DNA of 64,000 nucleotides from an uncultured Gemmatimonadales bacterium (GCA_963821525.1 CAWGED010000019.1:64001-128000); one strand, 5' to 3'. Positions 14,434 through 27,977 are shown, counted from the first letter of the stretch. A program made the numbers and translations. Notes: generated by a model from the sequence alone, not told the origin.

Positions 14434-15734
14434 GGGCGGCGCCGTCCGATGCCGTGATGGTCGAAGCCCATAGCGCGCATGCGATGGGGATCAAAGAGAT
14501 TTCTTCCATCGACCACCACCGGCCGTCGCAGCAGGCTTTTCAACCGGTCGAAGTCGGGATTGCGGTACACCAGCCACTCGGTCACGATCACCAGCGCATC
14601 GGCGCCTTCGACGGCGTGATAGGGGTCGGGCGCATAGGTGATCCTGTTCCCGAAGAGCTCGCGGGCTGTATGCATGGCCTTGGGGTCATGCGCCTGCACC
14701 TTGGCCCCACCGGCGAGGAGCCCCTCAACGAGCGGGATCGACGGGCTCTCCCGCATGTCGTCGGTCTCGGCCTTGAACGCGAGACCCCAGACCCCGACAG
14801 TCTTGCCCGAGAGACCGCCCAGGGCATCCTCCGTCTTCCGCAGGAGCACCAGCTTCTGCCGGTCATTCACGGCTTCGGTCGCGGCCAGCAGATCGAACTC
14901 GAGACCGATCTCCTTGCCCGAGCGAATCAGCGCCTTCACATCCTTGGGGAAGCAGGAACCGCCGTAGCCAGGCCCTGGGAACAGGAAGGCCTGCCCGATG
15001 CGGCGGTCGGTACCGATGCCCTGGCGGACTTCCCTCACGTCCGCTCCAACGCGCTCGCAGAATTCGGCGATCTGGTTCATGAACGAGATCCGGGTGGCCA
15101 GCATGGCGTTCGCGGCATACTTCGTCACCTCGGCGGATGGAATGTCCATGAACAGAACCGGATTCCCGGTCCGCACGAACGGCGAGTAGAGCTCCGCCAT
15201 GATTTCCCGGGATTCCGCCGCGTCCACGCCAACGACGATCCGGTCGGGCTTCATGAAGTCATCGATCGCAGCGCCTTCCTTCAGGAACTCGGGGTTGGAG
15301 CAGACCCAGAAGGGGACCTTGGTTTCCGCCTTGACCGCAGCACGCACTCTCTCAGCAGTTCCAACGGGCACGGTGGACTTGGTCACCACCACCTTGGACC
15401 CATTCATGTTACGGCCGATGGTACTGGCGGCCGACAGCACGTGCTGCAGGTCGGCGGAGCCGTCCTCGTCCGGCGGAGTGCCAACCGCGATGAATACGAC
15501 CTGTGCTCCTTTGACCGCGGCGCCCACATCGGTCGTGAAGCTCAGCCGCTGTTCTGCCTGATTGCGACGGACCAGCTCCTCCAGACCCGGCTCGTAGATC
15601 GGAATATCATTGGCCTTCAGCCGTTCGACCTTCCGCGCATCAATGTCGGCGCAGACCACGTCGTTGCCGGTCTCGGCGAGGCAGGCGCCGGTAACCAGTC
15701 CTACGTATCCCGTGCCAATGACCGCGATGTGCAT
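14430..15734 (-). CDS. ugd: UDP-glucose 6-dehydrogenase
   Basis: [47 protein letters not shown]. Confidence 0.95.
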   Translation of the reverse strand: MHIAVIGTGYVGLVTGACLAETGNDVVCADIDARKVERLKANDIPIYEPGLEELVRRNQAEQRLSFTTDVGAAVKGAQVVFIAVGTPPDEDGSADLQHVLSAASTIGRNMNGSKVVVTKSTVPVGTAERVRAAVKAETKVPFWVCSNPEFLKEGAAIDDFMKPDRIVVGVDAAESREIMAELYSPFVRTGNPVLFMDIPSAEVTKYAANAMLATRISFMNQIAEFCERVGADVREVRQGIGTDRRIGQAFLFPGPGYGGSCFPKDVKALIRSGKEIGLEFDLLAATEAVNDRQKLVLLRKTEDALGGLSGKTVGVWGLAFKAETDDMRESPSIPLVEGLLAGGAKVQAHDPKAMHTARELFGNRITYAPDPYHAVEGADALVIVTEWLVYRNPDFDRLKSLLRRPVVVDGRNLFDPHRMRAMGFDHHGIGRRRP

Positions 15735-15749
15735 CGAGTGTACTCCGGC

Positions 15750-16763
15750 TCAGGCGCGACCAGGGGAGACGGGTGCGCCTCCCTGGGCCAGCGAACGGGT
15801 GGCGGCATCGAGCACCCGGACCACGCGGACTCCGTCGGCGTGATCGGCCCGGCCTTTTTCCTCGCCTCGGACCACCCGGATGAAATGCTGGAACTGGACC
15901 GTCAGCGGTTCCACGTTCGGCAGCCGGGGGATGAAGATGTCTCCCTCGCGAATCGTGAGGCTCTCGCCGTAGGACCGGTACTCGGGCGGCCGGTTCACGC
16001 CCTTGTCGTAGATCGTGAGCTTCTCCCGGGGCTGCATGTCGTCGAAGACCGCCATCTGCCGGGAGCCCACCACGGTCAAGCGACGCACCTTGTGCGGGTC
16101 GAGCCAGGACATCTGCACATGGGCCATCGCACCGGACGCGAAGGTGAGATTGAGGAAGACGACGTCTTCGATGCCGCGCTGGAGGTAGGACTTGCCCTGA
16201 GCACTCAGGGTCACCGGCATCTCACCCAGCAGATACAGGGCGACGGAGACGTCATGAGGGCCAAAGCTCCACAACGCATTTTCGTCCGGCCGGATCTGTC
16301 CGAGGTTGACGCGTTGAGAATAGAGATAGTACAAGTCTCCCAGCTCACGCTTCCCCAGCATCTCCTTCAACCGGTCGACCACCGGGTGGTACTCGAGCAG
16401 GTGTCCCACCAGGATCGGGACGTTGCGTTTCTCGGCGTTTTCCGCGAGCCGCTCGGCATCCGCCACCGTCAGGGCAAATGGCTTCTCGATCAGCGCGGGG
16501 ATGCCGGCCTCGATGGCCATGTTGCCAAGCTCGGCGTGGCTCGTGGCCGGCGTCGCGACGATGACGGCTTCGACCTTCTCCAGCAGCCTGGCGGGGGAGT
16601 CGGTAATCGTGGCCCCGGGGTACTGCTTCATGAGGCTGACGCGCACCTCGGGATTCGTCTCGCAGATCGCGACCAGCTCGGCTTCCGAAGAAGCCGCCGC
16701 GGTACGGACGTGGTTTCTCCCCCAGGCGCCCGCGCCTATGACGCCGACCTTGAGCCGGCTCAA
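15750..16763 (-). CDS. Gfo/Idh/MocA oxidoreductase (WbpB/WlbA/GnnA-like sugar 3-dehydrogenase)
   Basis: GAGAWG, EKP, PHD motifs; adjacent to a DegT aminotransferase. Confidence 0.85.
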   Translation of the reverse strand: MSRLKVGVIGAGAWGRNHVRTAAASSEAELVAICETNPEVRVSLMKQYPGATITDSPARLLEKVEAVIVATPATSHAELGNMAIEAGIPALIEKPFALTVADAERLAENAEKRNVPILVGHLLEYHPVVDRLKEMLGKRELGDLYYLYSQRVNLGQIRPDENALWSFGPHDVSVALYLLGEMPVTLSAQGKSYLQRGIEDVVFLNLTFASGAMAHVQMSWLDPHKVRRLTVVGSRQMAVFDDMQPREKLTIYDKGVNRPPEYRSYGESLTIREGDIFIPRLPNVEPLTVQFQHFIRVVRGEEKGRADHADGVRVVRVLDAATRSLAQGGAPVSPGRA

Positions 16764-17875
16764 CTGAAGAATCCCTTAACGGCCTGCACGACCGCCTCGC
16801 GCTGGGCCGCGCTCAACTCCGGGTAGATCGGGAGAGAAAGCACCGTGTTGGTGACCGCCTCGGTGGCCGGGAGCCGGCCTTCGGCATAACCCAGGTATCC
16901 GAAGCAAGGCTGCAGATGGAGCGGGGTGGGATAGTAGACAGCGCAGCCGATTCCCTTCTCCTTGAGGTGCGCGAGAAGCTCGTCGCGCCGCTCCACCCGA
17001 AGCGTGTACTGGTGGAAGATGTGCTCGTTGGCGGGATCGGTCTTGGGTGTGCAGACCTCGGGCATGCCCGCGAAGGCCTGGTTGTAGAAGGCGGCATGAT
17101 GCCGGCGCGCCTCGCTCCAGGCCGCGAGATGCGGAAGCTTCGCGAGCAGGATCGCGGCCTGGAGCGTGTCGAGCCGGCTGTTGGTGCCGACTTCCTCGTG
17201 ATGGTACTGCTTGGCGCCGCCGTGCAGCCGGAGTTTCCGGAGCCTGGCGGCCAGGGCGTCATTCTGGGTGACGATCATTCCGCCGTCTCCCCAGGCCCCG
17301 AGATTCTTGCTCGGGAAGAAGGAGAAGCCGGTCGCTGTGCCCAGCTCTCCAGCCATCCGCCAGGTGCCGCCGATTCGGCGCCTCGCGCCGATTGCCTGGG
17401 CCGCGTCTTCGATGACCGCCAGTCCGTGCTTTTCCGCGACTGGGAGAATCGCCTCCATCGGGGCCATCTGGCCGAACAGGTGCACGACCATGATCGCCTT
17501 GGTGCGAGGCGTGATCGCCGCTTCGATCGCGGAGGGGAGGATGTTGAAGGTGTCCGGATCGATGTCCACGAACACCGGCTTCCCGCCGGTATTGTGGATG
17601 GTTCCCGCCGTGGCGAAGAAAGTGAAGGCCGTGGTGATGACCTCGTCGCCCGGGTTGAGATTCAGCGCCTTGAGCGGCAAGAGCAGCGCGTCAGTGCCGC
17701 TGGCGCAGGCAATACCGTGTTTGGCAGCCGAGAGCTTCGCGATAGCAGCCTCGAGCTCGGGTATTTCGCTGCCCATGATGAACGCCTGGCGTTCGATCAC
17801 CGCCATCATCCGGGGCAGGACTTCCTCCCTGATGGACTGGTACTGGGCAACGAGGTCTAACAGCGGAACGTTCAC
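16760..17875 (-). CDS. DegT/DnrJ/EryC1/StrS sugar aminotransferase (WbpE/WlbC-like)
   Basis: SGTDAL, EDAAQ, SFFPSKNLG, NSRLDTLQAA. Confidence 0.93.
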   Translation of the reverse strand: MNVPLLDLVAQYQSIREEVLPRMMAVIERQAFIMGSEIPELEAAIAKLSAAKHGIACASGTDALLLPLKALNLNPGDEVITTAFTFFATAGTIHNTGGKPVFVDIDPDTFNILPSAIEAAITPRTKAIMVVHLFGQMAPMEAILPVAEKHGLAVIEDAAQAIGARRRIGGTWRMAGELGTATGFSFFPSKNLGAWGDGGMIVTQNDALAARLRKLRLHGGAKQYHHEEVGTNSRLDTLQAAILLAKLPHLAAWSEARRHHAAFYNQAFAGMPEVCTPKTDPANEHIFHQYTLRVERRDELLAHLKEKGIGCAVYYPTPLHLQPCFGYLGYAEGRLPATEAVTNTVLSLPIYPELSAAQREAVVQAVKGFFS

Positions 17876-17926
17876 TCCATCCTCATCGAAAACGGGGCAA
17901 AAAAGGGGACCGAAAGCGGCGGAAAG

Positions 17927-18520
17927 CTAGCCCGCGCTACGGGGAGAATCAATCATTTCGAGCAGGCCTTGACGCTCGCGATAACCCGTGCCGCAACTCG
18001 CGCAACGCGCCGAGCCATCCTTGACCGCCAGGCGGTTCCCGCACTGGCACATCCACCCTACCCGACGGGCCGGAACTCCGACCATCAGGGCGAATGCAGG
18101 CACGTCACTGGTGACTACGGCCCCGGCGCCGATGAAGCAGTATTCGCCCAGCGTCGCGCCGCAAACGATCGTCGCGTTCGCACCGATCGAGGCGCCGCGG
18201 CGGACCAGCGTTTCGCGATACTCGTTTTTTCGCGAGACGTGGCTCCGCGGATTGGTCACGTTGGTAAAGACACAGCTGGGCCCGCAGAAGACGTCGTCCT
18301 CCAGCACGACGCCTTCGTAGATCGAGACGTTGTTCTGCACCTTCACATTGTTCCCGATCCGGGTGCCGGGCATAACCACGACATTCTGCCCCAGGTTGCA
18401 CCGCTCGCCGATCACGGCACCCGGCATCACGTGGCAGAAATGCCAGATCTTGGTGCCCTTGCCGACCACCGCTCCGGCGTCGAGGTAACTGGATTCGTGC
18501 ACGAAGTAATCGGACATCAT
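17927..18520 (-). CDS. Hexapeptide N-acetyltransferase (WbpD/WlbB-like)
   Basis: KIWHFCH, QNNVSIYEGV, FTNVTNPRS, GWMCQCG...CASC. Confidence 0.92.
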   Translation of the reverse strand: MMSDYFVHESSYLDAGAVVGKGTKIWHFCHVMPGAVIGERCNLGQNVVVMPGTRIGNNVKVQNNVSIYEGVVLEDDVFCGPSCVFTNVTNPRSHVSRKNEYRETLVRRGASIGANATIVCGATLGEYCFIGAGAVVTSDVPAFALMVGVPARRVGWMCQCGNRLAVKDGSARCASCGTGYRERQGLLEMIDSPRSAG

Positions 18521-18547
18521 AGTTCCTGTTTGGATTGAAGAGCCGTT

Positions 18548-18583
18548 TTCAATTGCCAATGCCAATCGCCAATTTGCAATTGG
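18548..18583. repeat. Degenerate heptamer repeat (YGCCAAT) immediately after the murB stop
   Basis: TTTCAAT TGCCAAT GCCAAT CGCCAAT TTGCAAT TGG. Confidence 0.6.
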
Positions 18584-19531
18584 CTACGGCTCCGCACTGA
18601 CTGTCCCGTCCCCTCCCACGAGCTTCACTTCCAGTTCCAAATCCACCCCAAACCGATCGCGAACGGTTCGCCGCACGTGGCCGATCACCTCGCGGACCTG
18701 ACGCGCCGTCGCACCGCCCGTATTGACGATGTAATTCGCGTGCATCGGCGAGACTTGGGCTGCGCCGATGGAAAACCCCTTGAGCCCTGCCGCGTCTACC
18801 AATTGGCCCGCGGTGCGAAGGTTCGGCGCCACCGGAACCGCCGGATTGGTGAATACGCTCCCGCAGCAGGGCCGGTTGAACGGGGTGCCTTCCTGCCGCC
18901 AGCGGAAGAGGTCGTTGACCTCCTCGGTGAGGCGCGACGCGGTCTCGGGCTGCAAGCGCACCCGGGTCTCGATCACGATCGATCCGGTGAGGCCGCTCCG
19001 CCGGTAGGAGAAGGGGATCTCGTCGCGGCTCCGCTCACGGACGGTACCGTCCCAGTCCACCACGGTCACCGCTTCAATAACATCGGCCCATTCGGCTCCG
19101 TGGCAGCCCGCGTTCATGAAGACGCCGCCGCCCACGCTACCGGGAACACCAACCATCTTGTGCAGGCCGCTCCACCCCGATTCGGCGGTACGCCTTGCGG
19201 CGATCGGCGCGGGCAGACCGGCTCCGATCGTCCAACGGTCGCCGTCCGACTTGATGGCGTCGAGACCCTTGCCCAGGCGAATAACCAGGGCATCGAGGCC
19301 TTCGTCAGGTAACAGCACGTTGGAACCCAGCCCAAGCGCAAACCAGGCGACGCCTCTGCCGGTTGCCAGGCTGGCCGCACGCTCGATGTCTTCGACGGCC
19401 TTGGGGAACAGCATCGTCGCCGGGCCGCCGATCCGGTAGGTCGAATACCGGCTCAACGGCTCGGCCTCACGGACTTCCCCACTCACCGCGGCACGCAGGT
19501 CGGTCAGGAAGGTTGTTGCCCGCGCACTCAC
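18584..19531 (-). CDS. murB: UDP-N-acetylenolpyruvoylglucosamine reductase
   Basis: [42 protein letters not shown]. Confidence 0.95.
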   Translation of the reverse strand: MSARATTFLTDLRAAVSGEVREAEPLSRYSTYRIGGPATMLFPKAVEDIERAASLATGRGVAWFALGLGSNVLLPDEGLDALVIRLGKGLDAIKSDGDRWTIGAGLPAPIAARRTAESGWSGLHKMVGVPGSVGGGVFMNAGCHGAEWADVIEAVTVVDWDGTVRERSRDEIPFSYRRSGLTGSIVIETRVRLQPETASRLTEEVNDLFRWRQEGTPFNRPCCGSVFTNPAVPVAPNLRTAGQLVDAAGLKGFSIGAAQVSPMHANYIVNTGGATARQVREVIGHVRRTVRDRFGVDLELEVKLVGGDGTVSAEP

Positions 19532-22500
19532 CCCGCCGTCTCCTGCAGCACGTCACGACCGAGGAGATGCCATTCCTGAAGGGACCGGACCTCGCCGACC
19601 CGGCTCTTCAACGCGATGATCGCGTCGCAAGCCGCGGCGGCAGCCGACAGCGTGGTCGTATAAGGAACCCGGTGCTGCAGCGCCGCTGCCCGGATCTGGT
19701 AGTCGTCCTGTTGGGTCAGCTTGCCCAGCGGAGTGTTGATCAGGAGCTGGATTTGTCCCGAGAGGAGCAGGTCGATGGCGTTGGGACGACCCTCGTACAC
19801 CTTGAGCACCCGTTCCGCCGGAATGCCGCGCACCCGGAGATGACGCGCCGTGCCTTCGGTCGCCAGGATCCGGAAGCCCATTTCGTGGAAGCGGCGAGCG
19901 ATAGGCACGACGTTGCCCTTGTCGTGGTCATTCACCGTGACGAAGACCGCGCCACTCTGCGGGAGCGCGCCGTCGGCCGCATGCTGTGCCTTCGCGAAGG
20001 CCATCCCGAAGGAATCGGCGATGCCCATGACCTCGCCGGTCGAGCGCATCTCGGGTCCCAGGATCAGGTCAACGCCCTGCAGCTTGTTGAAGGGGAAGAC
20101 CGCTTCCTTGACCGCGACGTAAGGTTGGACCACGTCGTCCTTGAGGCCGAGCTCGTCGAGGGTCTTCCCCACCATGACCGCGGCGGCAAGGCTGGCGAGT
20201 GAAACGCCGGTGGTCTTCGACACGAAGGGAATGGTCCGCGACGCGCGGGGGTTCACCTCGAGCACGTACACGACACCGTTCTTGATGGCGTACTGCACGT
20301 TGATCAGCCCCACCACTCCGATCTTCTCGGCGAAGGCGCGGGTGTGCTTGCGCATCTGTTCCACCTGCGCCTCGGAGATGAGATACGGCGGCAGGACGCA
20401 CGCCGAGTCGCCGGAGTGGATGCCGGCATCCTCGATGTGCTGCATGACCCCGCCGATCACGGTGCGGGTACCGTCGCAGATGGCGTCCACGTCGGCCTCG
20501 AACGCATCCTCGAGGAAGGAGTCGATGAGCACGGGGTGGTCCGGCGCCACCCGCACCGCGCGGGCGAAGTAGTCGCGCAGCGAAGGCTCGTCGTAGACGA
20601 TCTGCATGCCCCGGCCGCCGAGCACATAGGATGGGCGCACCAGCACCGGGTAGCCGACCTGCTCGGCAACCGCGACGGCTTCATCGACCGACAGCGCCGT
20701 GCCCGCGTTGGGCTGGGTGACGCCCAGCTCCCGCGCGAGGGCCTCAAACCGGCGACGATCCTCGGCCAGATCAATCGCGTCAGGCGACGTCCCGAGGATC
20801 TTTACGCCTGCGGCTTCGAGTCCACGCGCCAGCTTCAGCGGAGTCTGGCCGCCGAGCTGAACCACGACGCCGATCGGCTTCTCGGCGTGCACGATCTCGA
20901 GCACATCCTCCAGCGTCAGCGGCTCGAAGTACAGGGTGTCGGAGATGTCGTAGTCGGTCGAGACCGTCTCGGGATTGGAGTTCACCATCACCGTGCGGTA
21001 ACCCATCTCCCGGAAGGCGAGAGTGGCGCGCACGCAGCAATAGTCGAACTCGACACCCTGACCGATCCGGTTGGGACCGCTGCCCAGGATCACGATGGTG
21101 CGGTCGCCACCGGCCTGGACCTCACTCTCCTCGTCATACGAGGAGTAGAGGTAGGGCGTCGAAGAGGGGAACTCGCCGGCGCAGGTGTCTACCGTCTTGT
21201 ACGCCGGCCGTATGCCGAGGCGATGCCGCAGATCACGGATCTCGGCCTCCTGGCGACCGCGCAGGTCGGCCAGCTGGCGGTCGGAGAATCCCATGCGCTT
21301 CATCTTGCGGAGCTGGTCCTTCTGGCCGCGCTCGTCGCCCGGCTTCTTGTCGGTCCATTCGCGCTCGGCTTCAACCAGATCGCTCATCTGGCCCACGAAC
21401 CAGGGATCGATGCCGCTCCGCTCCGCGATTTCTCCGAGCGGAATGCCCATCTGCAGCGCGCGCTTTACCTGGAAGATGCGCTCCGGTGTCGGCGTACGAA
21501 TCGCCGCCTTTACCGCCTCCGGACTCAAATCGGTGAGCCGGTCGTCGGACGGATCGCGTCCGAGCACCCAGCCGGTACGGTCGGCTTCGAGGGCGCGGAA
21601 CCCCTTCTGAAAGGCTTCCTTGAACGTGCGCCCGATCGCCATGGCCTCGCCGACCGACTTCATCTGGGTGTTGAGCCGGGGATCGGCCTCGGGGAATTTC
21701 TCGAACGCGAAGCGGGGGACCTTCACCACCACGTAGTCGAGCACCGGCTCGAAGGAGGCGGGTGTCGTTCGGGTGATGTCGTTCGGCAGCTCATCGAGTC
21801 GATACCCGACGGCGACCTTGGCGCCGATGCGCGCGATCGGGAATCCGGTCGCCTTCGAGGCGAGGGCCGAAGAGCGGGAGACGCGGGGATTCATCTCGAT
21901 GACCAGCTGCTCGCCGGTCGCCGGATCCACCGCGAACTGGATGTTGCAGCCACCGGCCGCGACGCCGACTTCGCGAATGATGCGGATCGCGGCGTCGCGC
22001 ATGACCTGGTATTCCCGGTCGGTGAGCGTCATGGCCGGTGCCACGGTGATCGAATCGCCGGTATGGACGCCCATCGGGTCGAGGTTCTCGATCGAGCAGA
22101 CGATCACCACGTTGTCCGCTCCGTCCCGCATCACCTCCAGCTCGAACTCCTTCCAGCCGATGATGCTGCGCTCGATCAGCACCGAACCGACCGGCGACAG
22201 CTCGAGGCCCCGCCCGACGATCTCCTCGAACTCGTCGCGGTTGTAGGCGATCCCGCCGCCGGTCCCGCCCAGCGTGAAGGAGGGACGGATGATCGCGGGG
22301 TAGCCGGTATCGTCCACCGCCTCGAGCGCCTCCTCGATGCTGCGCACGGTGCGGCCTCGCGGGCGTCGCCAGACCGATCCGCTGCATCGCCTGGGCGAAT
22401 TCCTCGCGATCCTCCGCGATCCGGATGGCCCGCTCGTTGGCGCCGATCAGCTCGACGCCGAACCGAGCCAGGGTGCCGTCCTTGTGCAGCGCCATCGCGA

Positions 22501-22794
22501 CGTTGAGCGCGGTCTGTCCGCCCATAGTGGGCAGCAGAGCGTCGGGCCGCTCGCGCTCGATGACCTTGCGCCACCCACTCCGGCGTGACCGGCTCGACGT
22601 AGGTCCGATCGGCGATCTCCGGGTCGGTCATGATCGTGGCCGGGTTGGAGTTCACCAGGATCACCCGGTATCCCTCTTCCTTGCAGCGCGCGAACCGCCT
22701 GGGTTCCGGAATAGTCGAACTCGGCTCCCTGGCCGATTACGATCGGTCCGGATCCGATCAGGAGAATCGAGCTGAGGTCAGTCCGCTTGGGCAT
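19528..22794 (-). CDS. carB: Carbamoyl-phosphate synthase large subunit; frameshifts in the 5' part
   Basis: MPKRTD...[67 protein letters not shown] domain. Confidence 0.96.
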
Positions 22795-23735
22795 TCACGA
22801 GATCTTTCAGTGTCTGCTCGAGAGCAATGCGCGGCTGCCAGCCGGTCGCCTTGCGGAGTCGCGTTGCGTCACCAACCAGGTGCGGGATGTCGGAGGGCCG
22901 GGTGAGCTCGGCATCGACCTCTGGCATCGCACGAATCCCTTCCAGTTCGGCCAACCGATTGAAGATCTCGGCCAGCGAGATGCCCGAGCCGCCCGCCACA
23001 TTGTAGACCTCCCCGGCTTGCCGCGAGCCAGGAGGGCGAGGTACGCCTCGACCACGTCCCGCACGTCGAGAAAGTCCCGCACCGGCTCCAGATTGCCGGT
23101 CTTCACCACCGGCGCTTTCAGCCGGCGGGCAGCCCGGATCCGCTGCGCGAAGGCCGGAACCACGATACCGCGTCGGCTCTGACCCGGCCCGGTATGCGGG
23201 AATGCCCGAGCGATGACAACCCGCAGTCCGGTCCGACGGTGCACCTCGAGCGCTGCCACCTCGGCGCCCAGCTTGCTCGCCGCATAGGGGGAACAAGGTG
23301 CCGGGTGGATCGGACTCGGTCCTCGGACGCCGCACCGCCTTCGGCGCCGTACACCTCGCCGGTCGAGACCACGAGCAGCAGCGGGTTACTGCCCAGCGCG
23401 GCCGCGCGCGATGCCCAGCGCCTCGGCCAGGCGCGCCGTTCCCGCCGCGTTCACCTCCCAGGCGAGACCGGGATCCCTCCTCGCATCGGCGCCCGAGGCG
23501 AGCGCCGCGAGGTGAATCACCGCGTCGGGCGCGGTCGAGATCGCCGAATTCACCGCGGCCTGATCGCGCAGGTCCAAGCGGGAGCCAGCGTACCGCTGCG
23601 CCGGTCGGTCTCGGAAATCGAGACCGGCGGAGTCGCGACGCGGATACAGGGCCCCGACCACCTCGTGACCAGCCGCCAGCAGCCCGGGAACCAGCCATTG
23701 GCCGACGAAGCCGCCGGCGCCGGTCACCAGCACCT

Positions 23736-23739
<4 letters not shown>
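22778..23739 (-). CDS. rmd: GDP-4-keto-6-deoxy-D-mannose reductase-like SDR; frameshifted
   Basis: [48 protein letters not shown]; follows gmd. Confidence 0.75.
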
Positions 23740-24711
<972 letters not shown>

Positions 24712-24733
24712 CAGCTCATGGCATCCCCTCGGG

Positions 24734-24763
24734 TTGTGTCAACCGCCTGTCGCTGATTATACT
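24734..24763. promoter_or_regulatory. Putative sigma70 promoter for rpmB overlapping a divergent -10 box for gmd
   Basis: Plus strand TTGTGT-N18-TATACT; minus strand TATAAT at 24761-24756. Confidence 0.5.
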
Positions 24764-24818
24764 TCGCGCCCTCGCTGGAGCCACATGGCGTGACCATTTC
24801 TGTGAAGGATGGATGACT

Positions 24819-25010
24819 ATGGCACGGGTGTGCACCGTGTGCGGCAAGGGCCCGGTCACTGGCAACAACGTCAGCCACGCGAACAACCGCACCAAGCGCC
24901 GCTGGTATCCCAACCTGCAGACCGTCCGCGTCCTGGTGGACGGCGCGCCCCGTCGGGTGCGGGTCTGCACCCAGTGCATCAAGAGTAACCGGATCAGGAA
25001 GGCCAGCTGA
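24819..25010 (+). CDS. rpmB: 50S ribosomal protein L28
   Basis: [34 protein letters not shown]...CTQCIKS. Confidence 0.97.
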   Translation: MARVCTVCGKGPVTGNNVSHANNRTKRRWYPNLQTVRVLVDGAPRRVRVCTQCIKSNRIRKAS

Positions 25011-25051
25011 GCAGCGGGTCAGCTCCGCGGGCCGCGGCTCGCACCGGACCG

Positions 25052-25083
25052 AAAAAAAGGGGACCCTCGAGGGTCCCCTTCTT
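25052..25083. terminator. Bidirectional intrinsic terminator between rpmB and rplQ
   Basis: A7-GGGGACCC TCGA GGGTCCCC-TTCTT; U7 tail on the minus strand. Confidence 0.88.
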
Positions 25084-25109
25084 GTCATTTCGGGAGTCCG
25101 CGAGCCGCC

Positions 25110-25467
25110 TCACTCTGGCAGCAGCTCGATCCGGGCGACATCGGCGCCGTCTCCGGCGCGATGACCCAGCTTGAGGATGCGGGTGTAGCCGCCGGGACGG
25201 CCGCGAAGCGGGGGCCGAGCTCGGTGAAGAGACGGGCCAGCGACGTCGCGGTCCTGGATCTTGCTGGCCGACCAGCCGGCGGGCGTGGAGGTCGCCGCGC
25301 CGGGCGAGCGTGATGAGCTTCTCCGCGTAGGGCCGCAGCTCCTTGGCCTTGGCTTCGGTGGTGACCACCTTGCCGTGCTGGAACAGACTGGTGGCCATGT
25401 TGCTCAAGCAGCGCCCTGCGGTGCTCCGAGGTGCGGGAGAGCTGGCGTCCCTTGGCCGGTGCCGCAT
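25110..25467 (-). CDS. rplQ: 50S ribosomal protein L17; frameshifted
   Basis: MRH..., [50 protein letters not shown]. Confidence 0.93.
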
Positions 25468-26529
25468 TAGATCTCCTCGCCCGGTCGGCGCCGGTGCGGA
25501 CGGTCGGAGGCGTGCCCGGATCGGACCACGCGCAGGTCGCCGTCGACTTCCTCGAACAGCATCCCGAAGTTGAGCTCCTCGCTGCGCAGCAGGTCGGCGA
25601 TTTCCCGCAGCGGCCTTCTCGCCCACGTTCTTCACCTTGAGCAGCTCGTCCTCGGTGTAGGCGACCAGGTCCCGCAGGGTGCGGATGTTCGAGTTCTTGA
25701 GCGAATTCAGCGAGCGCACCGAGAGTCCGAAGTCGTCGATGGGGCGGCTCAGCTGCTCCTGGAGCGCGCCGCCGGCGAGCCGGCGTTCGGCCGCTCCGGG
25801 CCGCGCGGTCGGCACCTTGCCGAACTCGACGAAGTAGCGGAAGTGCTCCTGCGCGAGGGCGGCCGCGTAGGCGATCGCGTCCTCGGGCGTGATGGTGCCG
25901 TTGGTCTCGACGCTGACCGTGAGCCGGTCGTAGTCGGTGCGCTGGCCGACGCGGGTTTCGGCGACGGTGAAGTTGGCGCGCGCGAACCGGATTGTAGATC
26001 GCGTCGATCCGCGACCAGGTCAACCGGCAGCGAGCGATCGATCGGGATGCAGCTCGGACTCGACGTAGCCCCGGCCCTTGTTGACGTAGAGCTCGCCGTT
26101 CGATCTCCCGGTCGTCCTGCAGCGTGAAGAGCAGGTGGTCGGGGTTCACGATCCGGACGGCGCCGTGGGCTGGATGTCGCGGGCGTAGACCGGGCCCGGC
26201 GCCTTCCTTCTTGATCTGGAGCACCGCCTCGTCCACGTCTTCGGCGAGGACGAGGCGTCAGCGCCTTCAGGCGCTGGATGATCTGGTGCACGTCCTCGAG
26301 GACGCCCGGGAATCGTCTGGTGCTCGTGCACCACGCCGTCGAGCCGGAAGGCCCAGACGGCGCTGCCGCGCAGCGAGGAGAGCAGCAGGCGGCGCAGCGA
26401 ATTGCCCAGCGTGTAGCCGAACCCGCGCTCCAGCGGCTGGAGGCGGAACTCGGCGGCGTTCGGGTTGTCCTCCCGCTTGGTCATCTCGACCAGGTGCGGG
26501 CGGACCAGTCCGGTCAGATCGATGGTCAT
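25467..26529 (-). CDS. rpoA: RNA polymerase alpha subunit; frameshifted
   Basis: [45 protein letters not shown]...KNVGEK. Confidence 0.95.
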
Positions 26530-26539
26530 CGGGCCTCAC

Positions 26540-27183
26540 TTACTTCGAGTAGAGCTCGACGATGAGCTGTTCCTGCGCGTTGATCGGGATCGCTTCGCGG
26601 GTGGGGCGCTCGCGTCACTCGGCCCGCGGCTTTGTCGCGCGTCGACCGTGAGCCAGGACGAGCGGCGGCCCGCGCGACGCGCACTCCAGCGCCACCTTGA
26701 CCGTCACGAGATCCCGGCTGGCCTGGGCGACCCGGACTTCCTCGCCCGGCGCACACGAGTACGACGGAATGTCCACCTCGCGGCCGTTCACTTCGACGTG
26801 GCCGTGGCGCACCAGCTGGCGGGCGCGCCTTGCGGCTGGCCGCGAAGCCCATCCGGTAGACGATATTGTCGAGCCGCGACTCGAGCGCGATGAGCAGGTT
26901 GGTGCCCTTCACGCCCGGCTTCGCGGGTCACGTCCGGTCGAAGATGTTGCGGAACTGCCGCTCGGTGAGGCCGTACATCCGCTTCACCTTCTGCTTCTCG
27001 CGCAGCTGCTTGGCGTACTCCGACGCCTTGCGGCGCGCGGCCGCCGCTCTGGCCGTGCTGGCCCGGGGCGTAGCCGCGACGCTCGACGGCGCACTTCTCG
27101 GTCAGGCAGCGCGAGCCCTTCAGGAAGAGCTTGGTGCCTTCGCGGCGGCACAGCCGGCAGCTGGGACCAGTATAGCGTGACAT
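26540..27183 (-). CDS. rpsD: 30S ribosomal protein S4; frameshifted
   Basis: [37 protein letters not shown] stop. Confidence 0.95.
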
Positions 27184-27186
27184 GGA

Positions 27187-27590
27187 TCAGACCCGCCGCT
27201 TCTTCGGCGGACGGCAGCCGTTGTGGGGAATCGGGGTCACGTCCTTGATGGACATGACCTTGAGGCCGACCGAGGCGAGCGCCTGGATGGCGGACTCGCG
27301 GCCGCTGCCCGGACCCTGCACCCGCACATGCACCCGGCGCACGCCGAGGTTCATGGCCTCGCGCCCGCAGTTCTCGGCGGCGACGGTCGCGGCGAAGGGC
27401 GTGGACTTCTTGGAGCCCTTGAAGCCCGCCTTGCCGGCCGATCCCCACACCAGGGTATTGCCCTTCATGTCGGTGATGGTGATCAGCAGGTTGTTGAAGG
27501 TGGCCGAGATGTGGGCGATGCCCTCGGACTCGACGACCTTCTTGCGCGCGCTTGGCCGCTGGGCGCCTTGGGGAGTAACGGTGTCGTCAT
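27187..27590 (-). CDS. rpsK: 30S ribosomal protein S11; frameshift near the 5' end
   Basis: [40 protein letters not shown]. Confidence 0.95.
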
Positions 27591-27593
27591 AGG

Positions 27594-27975
27594 TTACTTC
27601 TTCGTCGCCTTCTTCTTGCCGGCGATGGCGCGCCGCGGGCCCTTCTTGGTCCGGGCGTTGGTATGAGTCCGCTGGCCCCGCACCGGCAGCCCCGCCGGTG
27701 GCGCGACCCGCGGTAGCTCCCGATATCCATCAGCCGCTTGATGTTCATCGCGACTTCGGTGCGGAGCGCGCCCTCGACTTTGACCGACCGCTCGATGATC
27801 TGGCGGAGCCGGGCCACCTCGGCGTCCGAGAGATCGCGCACCCGGGTGTCGGGGCTGACCCCGGTCTCCGTGAGGAGCCGACCGCTGGTCGGGACGCCCG
27901 ATGCCGAAGATGTAGGTGAGCGCGACTTCGACCCGCTTTTCGCGCGGCAAGGTCCACGCCTGCGATACGTGCCAT
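27594..27975 (-). CDS. rpsM: 30S ribosomal protein S13; frameshifted
   Basis: [44 protein letters not shown]. Confidence 0.95.
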
Positions 27976-27977
27976 AA

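Noticed and set aside
14454..16826. Long antisense ORFs (e.g. 14454-16826, 20344-22506, 3930-5594, 53137-54438)
   Set aside because: These are shadow frames of high-GC3 genes on the opposite strand and have no recognisable motifs.
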